Source: Chrysomallon squamiferum (lineage: Eukaryota; Animalia; Mollusca). Taken from it: a stretch of 64,000 nucleotides of DNA. The notes under the pieces are model-generated. The model was not told where the DNA came from. It made no database searches and was given only the letters and a program-made list of their open reading frames with translations. The stretch spans positions 682,001 to 746,000 of the forward strand of contig CM022678.1 of the NCBI GenBank assembly GCA_012295275.1, in the 5' to 3' direction. Shown piece by piece: positions 14,308-28,258 of the stretch; the first letter of the stretch is position 1, and each line of letters opens with the position of its first letter. Made by a program: the position numbers and the translations under genes.

Positions 14308-15720
14308 ATGGAAGCTGCCATGGCGACGAATTCTACGTCGACAGCTCTGCCGCAGAACATGTCCGCAGACGAGATTCTCTCCTACCTGGACAACCAGACG
14401 CTGCCGACGATGATTCCCGCCATCACGTACATCATCTTCTTGATGCTGATTGGCTTAGCTGGGAATACACTGGTGCTCGTCGTGTACGTGAAGAAATTTC
14501 GACCGAGCACGACTCGGGTGTTTGTCGTCTCCCTCGCCCTCTTTGATCTCGCGGCGTGCGTAATCTCGCTGCCTGGCGAGATTCTCGACATGCGCTTCAC
14601 GCACACGTTCGACTACTTCGTGCTGTGCAAGTTCCTCAGGTTCAACAACTCCTTCACCGTCATCGCCTCGGGGTTCACGCTCATCGCAGTCGCCATCGAC
14701 AGGTACAGGAAAATCTGCCGCCCGCTGGAGAAACAGATCACCATAAAGACGGCGAGGGTGATGGTTGTCATAGCAACGTGCGTGTCCCTGACCCTTTCCC
14801 TGCCCACGGTCATTCTGAACGGGAGGTCGTCGGTACGGACGGAGTATGCCGGAGTCGTCGGCACCGACTGCAGTTTCGACGATTCGTTCAAAAACTCCAT
14901 CTTCCCCATGATCTACGTCGGCGTCTTCTTCCTCGTTTTCTTCGGCTCGCTCGTCATCCTCGTTGTGATGTACGCCTTCATCGGACGCACGGTCTGGCGA
15001 CACCGGAAGTTCCGCTTCCACCCGAACAGCGACAAGGATCCGTCGCCGCTGAACTCGACGTCGGAGACGGACGTGTCGTCGTCAGAGCACGACTCCGCGC
15101 GACGCCTTCCCTGCGCCAGGAAGCACAAACAGCGCGCAGACGACGGCAAGTCTAACCCGAGGCTGACCTGGATTTCCAAAAAGAAAACAGCAAGTTCCAC
15201 TCCCAGTCCCAACATCGTCAAGAACCCGCACACTTTGTTTTCTTCACCAGACGCGCCCGGCAAATCCCCGCTCACTGCTTCCGGCATCGAAAACGAGGCC
15301 GACCGGCAGCAGCTGATCAACGAGAAGCGGCGGACGCTGCGTTTCTCGACGGAGATGGGGAAGGACAGCGACATCAAGATGAAAGTGTTTTCTCAAAATG
15401 GCGTCACGTTCAAGGAAAAGGGAGATAAAAATGACAACAAAGTGAAAAAACGAAGCAAGACGACGCTGATGTTGTTTATCATCACAGCCGTCTTCATCGT
15501 CAGCTTCCTTCCCCACCTCACCTTGATGATAGTGCGCCAAGTGAAGGTCGACTTTCTGACGTCACTAAACGACGCGGGACTCATGGTGTACAATGTATTC
15601 CTCCGCTCGTACTTCATAAACTCAGCCACCAACTGTTTCGTCTACAGTTTCTGCAACGTCAAGTTCAGGAACGCTTTACGTCGTTTTGTGTGTCCCTGCG
15701 CGAGTCAGCAGTTCCCATAG
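14308..15720 (+). CDS. Class A (rhodopsin-like) GPCR, 470 aa, single coding exon; orphan peptide-receptor-like
   Basis: Seven hydrophobic segments, TM1 GN, TM2 LALFD, TM3 C...DRYRKIC, ECL2 Cys, TM6 FIVSFLP, TM7 NSATNCFVY, helix 8 FR; N-terminal sequons NST/NMS/NQT; GC-rich codons on an AT-rich background. Confidence 0.97.
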   Translation: MEAAMATNSTSTALPQNMSADEILSYLDNQTLPTMIPAITYIIFLMLIGLAGNTLVLVVYVKKFRPSTTRVFVVSLALFDLAACVISLPGEILDMRFTHTFDYFVLCKFLRFNNSFTVIASGFTLIAVAIDRYRKICRPLEKQITIKTARVMVVIATCVSLTLSLPTVILNGRSSVRTEYAGVVGTDCSFDDSFKNSIFPMIYVGVFFLVFFGSLVILVVMYAFIGRTVWRHRKFRFHPNSDKDPSPLNSTSETDVSSSEHDSARRLPCARKHKQRADDGKSNPRLTWISKKKTASSTPSPNIVKNPHTLFSSPDAPGKSPLTASGIENEADRQQLINEKRRTLRFSTEMGKDSDIKMKVFSQNGVTFKEKGDKNDNKVKKRSKTTLMLFIITAVFIVSFLPHLTLMIVRQVKVDFLTSLNDAGLMVYNVFLRSYFINSATNCFVYSFCNVKFRNALRRFVCPCASQQFP

Positions 15721-16057
15721 CAACGAACTGAACACGCTGGCTGACTTTTATGGTAAAAATAATAGGGCTGTTTTATAAATGTTTATGAAGTACTATAAAT
15801 AGAAACACGTCTCTCTCTCATAATGATACTCTTCGTCATCGTCAAGAACAAAATGATAAAAAAAAAAAAAAAAAAAAAAAATGAGGAAGAAGAAGAAAAA
15901 AAGAGATAAATGTAATGAGGATTATGATGTAAATTTAGGCCACGGTCAGATCATTGTTTACACAGACTTTGAGACAGACAGCTGTTTACGAAACAATGCT
16001 TTTTACAGTCACCTTGTTTCCTGTGACGCGCTAGTAATACATGAACTGACAAGTACA

Positions 16058-16098
<41 letters not shown>

Positions 16099-17053
16099 TC
16101 ACACAGACACACTAAGTCAAACATATTCATATATACAAAGGGTTTGACAATACATTCAACAATAAATTTGAAAAAACCACAACATGCTTGTCAAATAGAA
16201 ATATTATACAGAATACTGTGTGTGTATGTGTGTACGTGTGTGTGTGCGAGTATGTGTGTGTGCGTGTAATACATAATCAGACAGCAAATACATGTGTGTG
16301 TAGTAGTAGTAGTATAAGGAGGAACAGTAGTAATAGTCGATGTTGTAGTAGTAGTAGTAATAGCAGCAGTAGTTGTAGCAGTGGTAATATTAGAAGTACT
16401 GTTAGTATGAGCTGTAGTTGTGGTGGTAGTAGTAATAGCAGCAGTAGTAGTAACAGTAGCGAGGGTAATATTTATTTTAAATAACATTTCTCTTTTTAAT
16501 GATGTGTGTGTGTCTGTATGTATGTCTGTCTGTGTGTCTGTCTACCATCCATTCATCCATCCATCCATCCATCCATCCACAGTCAGTCTATATTTCAAAT
16601 AGTCAGTCTATACTGCAATAAAATAAAATTTCAATGGATAAATATTTTGCTATTTTTAGATATGTTTACAAAGTTTTAATTACCAATTAATCTGTGTTTG
16701 TATATTAGCTTGTAATTATTTTTAAAAGTGATGTAACATCTTAACACGGGAAAAAAAAAATATATATATATATAAATTTAAGAAATACACTCATAAATAG
16801 TTGCAGTATTGAATTAGTTCTGTACTGATATTATTGTATATATGTAATCTATTTTTGTATGTATGTATATATATATAATCCATTTTTATACCTGTCTCTG
16901 TATATTTATATGTATATATACGATTGCTTTTCTTGTTCTTTATTATTATTATTACTATTATTATTTTTTTTATTATTATTTTTATTATTATTATTTTTAT
17001 TACTTTTTTTTTCAAACATTGTACATACTACATAATCAGTGGACGTTTTTCTA

Positions 17054-17096
<43 letters not shown>

Positions 17097-17199
17097 AGCG
17101 GTGAGAAGAGTTCCTGTGTGAAATGATTTTTTATTTTTAGTCTCCACTTTTAGACTTGGTGCAATAAAAACTGAGAAAAACCAGCAGTGTTGTTTAATT

Positions 17200-17296
<97 letters not shown>

Positions 17297-17315
17297 GTTT
17301 ATATCTGTCTCTAAG

Positions 17316-17348
<33 letters not shown>

Positions 17349-18138
17349 CAACACTCTCATACAATTATTTTTTTTTCCTTAAAATTAAAATTAAAAAAAA
17401 AAAATTCCTAGGAGATATTTCTTTCTATGAACTCCGGTCTCCCTGTAATTCGAAACTGAATGACATAACGTTCAGTTACAGCAAGATAAAGTGCATTTAT
17501 ACACAATTAGCCGAGAAATCTGCTTTCAACTCATGGGTGAAGTTCCCTCCTAACTAAATCATTTTTCTTTTGTTGCTAGAAAAAACATTTCACAGAGAAA
17601 AGTAAAGAAATTCAGCCTAGAATTCTCAGCCCTGAAAAGACGATTTTGTTTTTTTAATTTCTCTGTTTCTAAAGTTGAACGTTTGTTGTTTGCTTTCCTT
17701 CTAGGAGAGGTGACTAGGCAGGGTTTACGTGGAAAATAATTAATTCATCTCTCTCTGATAATTTAAAATAAATGCAACACAGTTTGATGATCGTGTACTA
17801 AGAGAGATCAATCCCCCTTCCCCTTTAATCCCCCCTGTATCCGTGTCTGTGCTGGTTTCCTGTGCAGCAAGTGAAAAACTCGCAAAGAAACACGATGTAA
17901 CAGAAACACGATATAACAGAAACACGCGGTGGACCAGAAACTTGTCAGACGAATGTTTTATGACGTTTTTAGTTTTAGTGGTAGGAAAAAACATAAATGG
18001 AAGAGCAATTTAACAGAATGTTACATTTCACGCTGTTGTAATAGATTTAACAAATTTCACATTTTCCTCTTCAAGACATGACAAGTTGAAAAATATGAAA
18101 GAAAAGACAGAATCAAAGAAAAACAATTTGAGAAAAAA

Positions 18139-18175
<37 letters not shown>

Positions 18176-19395
18176 TAAAAAATAAAAATAAAATAAAAAA
18201 ATATATAAATAAATAAATAAATAAAATAAAATAAAATAAATAATTAATTAATACAACAGAGTAAAAAGTAAAACGACAAGTTGTGTATTTAAAAACAACA
18301 TGGATGACAGGAAGAAACAAAGAAGTCAACAACAAACAAACTAAAACAAGAACAACAAAACAAGCAAACAAACCCGACCCCCCAAAAAGAAAAACAACAA
18401 TAAAAAAACAACAAAAAAAAAAAAAAAAAAAAAAAAATCAACAACAAACAAACGACTACAAACAAAGAAACATCAAGAACAAAACACCTGGATATTACGT
18501 TTGTCTGGAATGGAGGGCGAGGGTTCACACAAAAGTGACGTAAACAACAGTTTAACACTGTCAGTGTCTTAGCAACAGATGCGACATAACTCAGAAATAG
18601 AGCGTCACGTGACCAGATTGTTTATGACGACATATTTGTGAAAGCAAGTGTAAAGCAAGTCGACTCGGTGGTTATTAAAAACATTCGTACACGAAGACGC
18701 CCTTCGCCGAGCAAACTTCAAACACGAGTCGCAGAGTTTCCACACAGTAGCAGTTATTGCTTTTTCATTTAGACCCGTGACCCAGTTTAACCCCAACAGG
18801 TGGCGCTCTGAAAGTGGATCGTGTGAACAGAGTTACAGAAACAACTTGCTGGAGAAAAAGACGTCGTCTGCGAACACAAGCGAAAAGAGGACCAACACCA
18901 GTCTACGCGGCTGACACCAGTCTACGCGGATTAATATCTGTTTTGACAAGAGTGCTGACACCTGGCGGACACTTATGTTAATTAGGTGGTTCCTGTAAGT
19001 GTTTAGATAAGTCTAATTAGGTTGTAATGGAAGAAGCAGAGAAGATAACGAAGAAAAAAGAAGACAAGAAGAAGAAAAAAGAGAAAGAAAAGAAGTAAAC
19101 GAAGGAGAAAAAACACGTGGCAGATAAAGAAAAAAAAGAAGAAATGAAGATCAGTGGAAAATGAAAGAAAAGAGAAATCATAGAAAAATAAGTTTTTTTT
19201 GTTTTTTGTTTTGTTTTGTAATAAGACTTATTCTATTTTTAAGATGTTGACAAGTTCGAAATGGCATTCAAAAGATCTCTAGGTGACTAGTGAAATATGT
19301 GTCCCTGTGTGACATTGTACGTATGTAAATCTGTACATATGTGAGTCTGTGTCTGAGTGTTTATGTGTGTGTGTGTGTCTGTGTCTGAGTGTTTA

Positions 19396-19426
<31 letters not shown>

Positions 19427-19989
19427 CTGAGTGTTTGTGTGTGTGTGTATGTGTGTGTGTGTGTTTGTTTGCTTGGATGCATGTTATTATCTCTGTCTCT
19501 CTGGTCAGGTTAATTATTACTGTTTTTGTAAACTGTTTTGTTACGGGTCAGGGAACATAAAGTTTACACATCAACTTCTGTTTTATAATGTGAACGACAT
19601 GCAGTGATCTCCCTTTATTGGCTCTTCTGAAACTGATCATTCTGGTCTCTTTCCGCTGCTGATTTCGCTCGACATATGGTAAAGTGGCCGTCGTGGATAT
19701 GGGAAAATAAGCAGAATACTTAAAAATTGCTCGCTGTTTATTTTCACATATTGGTTTTCCATAATCCACACGGCGAGTGTTTGTTTACTTTGTAGGTAAA
19801 TACATCTACGTAAAGACCCCGAGTCAAAACGATAGACTGGTTCTTTAAATTGCTTTATGTCTTATATTTCTCCTGTCAGTTGAAGCGTATTGTTTTCACG
19901 CGAGCAGTCTATCATGCAGGTTTTAAAGAATAAAAAGCATCGTTGTTATGACAACGATGTGCTATGTTACTGTCGGTGTGATAAGGTAA

Positions 19990-20268
19990 GGTAATTATAC
20001 ACGTAGTGAAATATTTAAATTTACGGAATTGGTTTTCATTAACAGAGCTGTGGTATACCTTACACGGTAATTATACACGTAGTGAAATATTTAAATTTAC
20101 GGAATTGGTTTTCATTAACAGAGCTGTGGTATACCTTACACGTGTGTTATACCTTACACGTGTGTTATACCTTACACGTGTGTTACACCTTACACGTGTG
20201 TTACACCTTACACGTGTGTTATACCTTACACGTGTGTTACACCTTACACGTGTGTTACACCTTACACG
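19990..20268. repeat. 76-bp direct duplication followed by an 18-bp tandem repeat (GTGTGTTA[T/C]ACCTTACAC) x~7
   Basis: Direct; the 18-mer overlaps the tail of the 76-mer. Confidence 0.9.
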
Positions 20269-20449
20269 TGGAACCGTGTCACTAGAGACGTTTGTGAATG
20301 TGTAACGTGTGACAGTGTGGTATGTCAAAAATAGTTTAATGCTGGGAAATTCCTGTTTAGAAAACAGTATAACTACCTATCTGTCTATCTATTTTTCTAT
20401 CTATCTGTCTGTCTGTCTATTTATTTATCAATATATATATATATATGAC

Positions 20450-20672
20450 TGTATGTATGTATGTATGTATGTATGTATGTATGTATGTATGAATGTATGT
20501 ATGTATGTATGAATGTATGTATGTATGTATGTATGAATGTATGTGTGTATGTATGTATGTATGTATGTATGTATGTATGTATGAATGTATGAATGTATGA
20601 ATGTGTATGTATGTATGAATGTATGTATGTATGAATGTATGTATGTATGTATGAATGTATGAATGTATGTAT
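20450..20672. repeat. (TATG)n tetranucleotide microsatellite
   Basis: Direct. Confidence 0.9.
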
Positions 20673-21399
20673 GTGTGTGCTTAAATAAAGTCAAATTGAA
20701 GCTAGTATTTTGTAGACATACACAGCCGGGAATAACGATGCTAAAAAGAAAAATTAAAACGATTTTCCACGATCAATTAGAAAAAATCCGTTTCTTTGAT
20801 TCGAACACAAAGTCTGTCCTATTTAACGTAATGGCTTAACCACTGTAAGGCTGATTTAGAACGTAAACCTTTTTATTTTTTACTTTTTTATTTTTGTCTC
20901 TGTATCGGATGTGCTCTTTTCACTTCAGCGCGTGATTTATGAACTTCATTTTGTTATTTCGACTGATACCGACTGCATCAGTTTTTATGATGATTTTAAA
21001 ACGAGGTCTTATCTCGCGGGTTGCATACACGTGATAACTAACGACCGAGTGTGGATTAAAAACAAGCAGACGATAAACTCACAACTGGGTGCCTCGGTGT
21101 GACGTCTTTCTTCTCTCCACCAATCAAAACATTCCAGTCTCAGACTCGCTGACAAACGTCTGCACGAAGTGAATGTTTGAAATAAACTTAAAATGTCGTT
21201 TTTTTTTTTTCAAAACAGTGGCGTACAAAATGAGGGCCCTTACTGGGTGAGCCTATTTAAAGAATAATTTTAAACAAATTTTTTTTTTTTTTTTTTTTTT
21301 AAAAGAGGATATTAAAATAAGTAAAAATAAATAAGAATAACATTAACCTAATTCTGCAATAACATGAATAAAGGAAACTAAAAATAAAGTTTGAGGAAA

Positions 21400-21446
<47 letters not shown>

Positions 21447-21625
21447 ATAGAATAAAAATGCTAATAATTTAGAAATGAAAAAAAAAAAAAAAAATATCAC
21501 TAATTGAAACAAACCTCAAACGATCCTCAAACATGTCACGAGAGAATTCAGATAGAAAATAATTTCTTAATACTTAAAAAGAGAGATATTAATAACACAT
21601 TAGTTATGTGTGTTTGCAACTGTAT

Positions 21626-21703
<78 letters not shown>

Positions 21704-22180
21704 AAAAAAAGGAGGTGGAGGAATATGGAAAGAATCAGAAAAACAGACTTAACATTGGTGAGGAAAGAAAAATAAGAAAAAAAAAAAAAAAAAAAAGAAG
21801 GGTATGAAAAGAAGAAATAACGAAAGAGAGAGAGAAAGAGAAGAAAGAAGAATGACAGTGAGAGCAGAACTAAAAAGACAGGAATAAGCAGGAAAAAATG
21901 AGAATAGCTGAGAAAATGATACAAAGAAAAACAGAGAGAATGAGAGAAACGTGCGTGATGATCACGTGACAGTGAAAAATGGGAGAAAAGTGCACGAGAC
22001 GCGGAGATTAATGGGGAAGAGTTGCCACAACCTGCACTTTCTTCTTTTTCTTTATTCCATTTTTTATTTTTTAATATGTTTTCTCCCTGTATATCTCGTT
22101 AAAACCTGAGATGTCAGATTGTATGAAAAAGAACATAAAATACGTAATTTATTACTGACATTAAATATGGAATAAGTTAA

Positions 22181-22461
22181 TTTTATTGCTTTCTTATACT
22201 TTTTCTCACTGCTCTTTGCAGTGAAATAAAAGAAAAACAAAAACAACAAACAATCGTGCCCCGAGTGAGGATCGAACTCACGACCTTCAGATATCTCTGT
22301 TTTACTTTGTGATTATGAGACTGACGCGCTACCTACTGCGCTATCGAGGCTGTACAGTTCATTAATCAGTTAACACAGTAATTAAAAATTACAAATATTT
22401 ACACTACGCATATTTAATTAATTTAGAGCATTAATATTGTTAGTAACCTTTGTTAGCGTGT

Positions 22462-22467
<6 letters not shown>
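22181..22467 (-). repeat. Copy A of a ~280-bp inverted duplicated cassette carrying tRNA-Met (copy B at 44499-44778)
   Basis: Upstream flank nearly identical to the reverse complement of 44499-44615; downstream flank shares TTTCACTGCAAAGAGCAGTGAGAAA..TATAAGAAAGCAATAAAA. Confidence 0.9.
22257..22350 (-). tRNA. Elongator tRNA-Met(CAT) with 21-nt intron at the canonical 37/38 position
   Basis: GCCTCGATAGCGCAGTAGGTAGCGCGTCAGTCTCATA-[ATCACAAAGTAAAACAGAGAT]-ATCTGAAGGTCGTGAGTTCGATCCTCACTCGGGGCA; acceptor stem pairs, A/B boxes present, T-runs downstream; mature sequence matches the metazoan elongator tRNA-Met pattern. Confidence 0.93.
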
Positions 22468-22525
<58 letters not shown>

Positions 22526-23096
22526 CTCTATCTGTATATGTTCGTATGTTTTATATTTTTTTTGTATCTATGAAAAAATGTATGTATATATAATAATATA
22601 TATATATTATTATTATTATATATATGTGTGAACTAGCGTATATGTGTATGCGCACGTAATATACGCAACTGTAATACATGTAATAACAATGTATGTATGT
22701 GTGTATGTATGCAAGCATGTTTATGTGTTTGCCTGTACGTAGGTATATCTTTCAGGAAAACTAATTGCCAAAATCTGGTAAGTAATACGATATTCAAAAA
22801 ATGTGGTTTTGCACTTTGTCAAGACGGCATCCATTATTTTTCTTATTTGTTGTTTTAAGTCCTCACCCAGTGGCGGCGCACCGCTGTTTTGCGAGTTGTA
22901 AGTAAACCACACAAACACGTGTCAACACTCGTCAGTGATGAAAACAAATACACTGTTAGAACAAGAGAGCTCTGTAGAGTTGTTCCCCTTGCCATCAGTG
23001 CACACAATTACGTGCAGTGAGAAATAAAACGAGAGATAAAATCTATTTATGGAGCATGTCGTTCACGATATACGGAAGTAGATGCATGTCAGTAAA

Positions 23097-23130
<34 letters not shown>

Positions 23131-23333
23131 AAATAAAAATAAAATAAAATAAAATAATAATAATAATAAAATAAATAAATAAATAAATAATAATGATAAA
23201 AAATAATAATAATAAAATAAAATACAATACAAAAAAAGCCCTTAATAAAAAAAAAGCGAACAACAAATTATAACAAACAGTAAAAAATAAGAAAGAAAAA
23301 AAGTCAGGTTATTAACAAAGTCACAAAAGAAAA

Positions 23334-23377
<44 letters not shown>

Positions 23378-24423
23378 ACACCGAAAAACAAAACAAAAAA
23401 ACCCCAAAAAAACCCACATAAAAAACATAAAAAAAACAATAGTAATAATAAAATAATAATAATAATAATAATAAAAAAAAATCATCAACAACAAAAATAA
23501 TTGTAAAAAAAATAAAATAAAACAAAAACCCCACCAGTAAGAGCCCCACGAAAGAAAGAAAAGAAAAAGAAAAAGTTTATCTGCGAAAAAGCAAGTTTAC
23601 TAAACTAACAAACTGCAATACAATGTCACGTCTCACAGAAACCTATCAACCAATCAAATTCAGTCTTAATTCAAAGACCACCCACTTACATTTATTTTGT
23701 TTAAATCGTTTTTGGCAAAGAAAGAAACTTTCCTAATTACTATTATAACTGCATAAAATTTAGTTAAAAAACAAACCAAACAACCAAACAACAACAACAA
23801 CACAACAACAAACAAACAAAATAATAAATATTAAATAAATGAAAACTAACAATATAAACAATAATAGATATAACAAGGTATGATAACATGATCGTTATAT
23901 AACATCATAATGATGAAAATAAATATAATTTTAGTTAAAAATATTAATTATAAATCATTTCATGACTGTATGAAATATTTAATTAAACTCTTAGAAAGTC
24001 TGTTTCACTGTCCACGCTGACATTTTCAACTTCTATTTGTTAACTGAAGAATTAACCCAGTTTAATCTCTTGTTTTCATTTCCTGTGAAACAGAATTAAA
24101 AACAAAAGAAACTAAACACCAGAAACTCAAACCAAACAAAACCTGACGACACACCCAACACCTTTCACTCCGAGCGGAAAACCGGGAACCAGTCTAGTGA
24201 GATAGGATGATGACGTGGCCACTTTTTTTTTATCACGTGACTAACAGCAGAGGAAACAGACAGGTTGTTCTTCCGTGCATTGTTTAAACCACGACTGCGA
24301 CTGCGTGTCTGACGCATGCCGAACACGATGACATTGTGATGGTGATAATGATGATAACAATAATCGTAATCGTCATTATAATGATAGTCATAAATAAAAC
24401 ATATAGATATATATATATATATC

Positions 24424-24483
<60 letters not shown>

Positions 24484-24726
24484 TAAGGGAAAAAAGGAAA
24501 GAAGATATAAATGAATAAAACTGGAGTATATAATAGATGTATGTATGTGTCTGTGTATACTGTGTGAAACAGACATAACGAAAATAACACACACACACAC
24601 ACATACAAACACAAACACACACACACACAAACACACAGAGACAAACACACAACACACACAGTCACACACACATACACACACAACACACACACACACACAA
24701 CACACCCAGACAAACACACACACAGA

Positions 24727-24767
<41 letters not shown>

Positions 24768-26304
24768 CACACACAAACACACACACATATACAACACACA
24801 CAATCACACACATACACGCACACACACAGACAAACACACAACACATGACACAGACAGACAACAATCACAGACAGCTGTTTTCAGTCCTGTCCGTCTCGCT
24901 GAACGCGGAAGATCGCGTCTCGAGCGCGTGTGAAGCAGACGACATTTCGCAACTCTTCGCGCGACAAGCGGAAACGTGACTGAAAAACCCGACACAGGAA
25001 GTTCACAGACAATGCACGCAGTCGTTTTACTCACCACAAACGTGAACTGGCTGAAACGCGATGTTTCGTTACTGCTACAAACCGTGAACTGTGTTTTCTC
25101 ATGTAAGCCGACACCAGCGCTCGTTCCTGTGTGCGTCTGCTGAGTCAGTCGTCTTTCAAATCTACAGGAATACGAGATCGATTCGCCGAAGGTCTGTTCC
25201 AAGTCGTTTTGATTTGTAGAATAATTTATGCTGTTTATTTTATATTATTCAGTGTACTTTGTTATTGTTATTGTTGTTGTTAATAATAGTAGTAGTACTT
25301 ACATAGATACATTTTATTGTCTTGATAATCATGCTTGTTGTTTTAACACATGAACCCTGTTTGATGTTGTGTTTACTTGTTTGCAACATGTGCTCTTTAC
25401 GACTAGCTTTATTTTCCTTTTAGTCCTTAATTTTATTATACTTAATTACACACACACACACACAGACACACACACACACACACACACACAACACACATAC
25501 ACACACACACGATTATTATTATCATTCTTCTTCCTCTTTTTTTTTTTTTAACAATGACCTAAAATACTCCCACTTAATTTTAATAGTCTATCAGGCCAGA
25601 TAACATTACATCTAATGAATTTAATAACAGTTACCATGACAACCTATTACCATAACAACATCGGAGCATTCTTTATCACGTTTGACTTCTGTTTGTTCAC
25701 AGGGCGGAGTCATGTCACACGTCACAATTATCAGTTCCAAGATTAAAAAAACAAACTGTGGCTTGAGACTTTCTTAAATATTTATTTTTTGTTCTAACAT
25801 GACGTTTTTGATCACATCAAAACTTTTATTCTGTTTTCTTGTCTTAAATAATTTGTGGAGTGTTTCCTGAAATTATTATTATTATTTTATTAATTTTTTT
25901 TTCTCATACTAATTCAAATTCTAAGGTGTGACAATTTAAAAAAGAAAAATTAAAATTATTCTACAACAACAACTACTACTACTACCACTATTTGTTTTAC
26001 TACTACTACAGTTGATATTGCTGTTGCTGCTGCTACTAGCATGTCTGCTAATACAGAACTATTTGAGCTACTACTGCTGTTACTATTGTTGCTACTACTA
26101 CAACAACAATGACAAATATTTCTACCGCTGCTTCCACTAACGATATTACTATGATGATTGCGGTGTTCGTAATGTGGAATCACGTTCTTGTTATTAATAG
26201 AGTTTTCATTTCATTGTTGGTCTTAATCACGAATTAAATATGCTATAACAATTTAAAATGCGTTTATTCCGGCTTGCTACTTTCTTTTCAGATAAATAAC
26301 CGCA

Positions 26305-27564
26305 ATGGCAGACATTAACACATCAACGGAAATCAGTGACGTCAACTTCACTATGACGACGTCACTGCCCAACGCGGATGAATATCTTCGGTCTCTGAGC
26401 GATAAATACGCACTGAATGTAATCCCAGCCATCGGCTTTCTCGGCATCATCTTAATAGTGGGCTTCGTCGGCAACGTCATCGTTTGCTACATCTACGTAA
26501 CAAAGTTCAAGACGACGACGACGAAGTGTTTCGTCACGGCGTTGGCGTCGTTCGACCTGCTGTCGTGTTGCGTCGCCGTACCAGCCGAGATATTCGACAT
26601 GGTCAACAACTACACCTTCCAGCAGGTGGCGCTCTGCAAGATCCTGCGATTCTGTAACTGTTTCTCTGCTGTCGCCTCGGGGCTGGTCCTGGTTGCTATT
26701 TCTATCGACAGATACAAGAAAATCTGCAGACCTCTGTCCACACAGATGACAGTAAACCTGGCTAAACTCGCAGTTGGTGTCAGCTCTTTGGTGTCTTTAG
26801 CCGTCTCCTTCCCGTCTCTCATTCTGTACGGGTCAAGGTCAGTGGCAACGGAATACGGCGCCATTAACGGAAGTGACTGTTCCACGCAGGATCACTTTGT
26901 GGGAACGATCTACCCGATCGCTTACAACGGTGTCCAGTTTTTTGTGTTCATCGTGTCCACATCCATATTGGTTGTTCTCTATCTCAAAATCTGGAGGAAA
27001 ATTTCAAAGCAGGTGGAGCTTAGGAAAACACGCGTTTCGTTCAGCAGTGACAAAAAACAACAACAAAAAGTTCGGATTATGTTAGCTAACAGAAGCAGCA
27101 CTTCAGGCTCGGATTTCTCGTCTCCGTCTACGAAAGATTCTGATGTAACCAATGAAACAACGGCTAACAGAAACAAGAAATCAAATGAACAAATCACAAG
27201 CACCGTTACAAACGAATCTGACAACGAATCGAAGAAACCCAAACGGCCAGTGAAAAGGAAAAAATCGGTGAGCGAACAGAAAGCTAGGAAAACGACGTTT
27301 ATGTTATTTTTAATAACCCTCGTTTTCGTTCTGAGTTTCTTGCCTCATCTTGGGCTGATGGCTGCACGTGCCTTTGACAAAGTCTTCTTCGACAGCCTCA
27401 GTCCCGCGGCGAATTCCGCCTACAACCTCTTTCTGAGATCCTATTTTCTCAACTGCGCGTCTAACCCAATCATCTACGGGTTTTGTAACCTGCAGTTCAG
27501 AACAGAGTGTAAGGCTTTATTCTCGAAACCATTTCAGAGAGGAATGACGTCATCAGCGCGGTAA
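26305..27564 (+). CDS. Class A GPCR, 419 aa, single coding exon; paralog of the 14308-15720 GPCR
   Basis: GN, LASFD, LCK..DRYKKIC, DCS in ECL2, FVLSFLPH, FLRSYFLNCASNPIIY; acceptor TTTCAG about 14 bp upstream of the ATG. Confidence 0.97.
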   Translation: MADINTSTEISDVNFTMTTSLPNADEYLRSLSDKYALNVIPAIGFLGIILIVGFVGNVIVCYIYVTKFKTTTTKCFVTALASFDLLSCCVAVPAEIFDMVNNYTFQQVALCKILRFCNCFSAVASGLVLVAISIDRYKKICRPLSTQMTVNLAKLAVGVSSLVSLAVSFPSLILYGSRSVATEYGAINGSDCSTQDHFVGTIYPIAYNGVQFFVFIVSTSILVVLYLKIWRKISKQVELRKTRVSFSSDKKQQQKVRIMLANRSSTSGSDFSSPSTKDSDVTNETTANRNKKSNEQITSTVTNESDNESKKPKRPVKRKKSVSEQKARKTTFMLFLITLVFVLSFLPHLGLMAARAFDKVFFDSLSPAANSAYNLFLRSYFLNCASNPIIYGFCNLQFRTECKALFSKPFQRGMTSSAR

Positions 27565-27597
27565 ATCACGTTACACGGTTCTGCTGAAAGTTTTAAA

Positions 27598-27937
27598 GTA
27601 GTATTAGTAGTAATAGTAGCAGCAGTAGTATTAATAGTAGTAGAAGAAGCAGTAGTAGTAATAGTAATAGTAGCAGCAGTTGTAGTAATAGCAGTAGTAG
27701 TAGCAGCAGCAGTAATATTAATAGTAATAGTAGCAGCAGTAGTATTAATAGTAGTAGTAAGCAGCAGTAGTATTAATAGTAGTAGAAGCAGTAGTAGTTG
27801 TAAAGTAGTAGTAAGAGGTAGTAAGCAGTTTACGTATGTAATAGTAGTAGAAGCAGTAGTAGTTTTTGGTGTGTGTGTGTGTGTGTGTAAGTGTGTGTTT
27901 TTGTGTGTTGTTTACGTGTGTCCAATGTGCAGTGTAA

Positions 27938-27972
<35 letters not shown>

Positions 27973-27999
27973 GTGTGTTTGTGTGTGTGTGTGTGTGTG

Positions 28000-28098
<99 letters not shown>

Positions 28099-28122
28099 GT
28101 GTGTGTGTGTGTGTGTGTGTGT
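27598..28122. repeat. (AGT/AGC)n followed by (GT)n microsatellite
   Basis: Direct. Confidence 0.9.
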
Positions 28123-28211
28123 GGTTAATACGGTTAGAGTAAAATGCGGACTTGAGGGAATCTTAACCGAAAATCATTAAACAAATGAGCAATTCTGCAG
28201 TAAAATGGTTG

Positions 28212-28258
<47 letters not shown>

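Noticed and set aside
14382-15632. Overlapping antisense and alternate-frame ORFs within GPCR-1
   Set aside because: Expected shadows of a GC3-rich CDS.
22257-22350. Initiator tRNA-Met or tRNA pseudogene
   Set aside because: G1-C72 pair and TTC T-loop indicate the elongator; stems, boxes and canonical intron position are intact.
24870-25200. CpG-rich patch with short ORFs upstream of GPCR-2
   Set aside because: No coding evidence; may be a promoter or UTR exon but boundaries cannot be supported.
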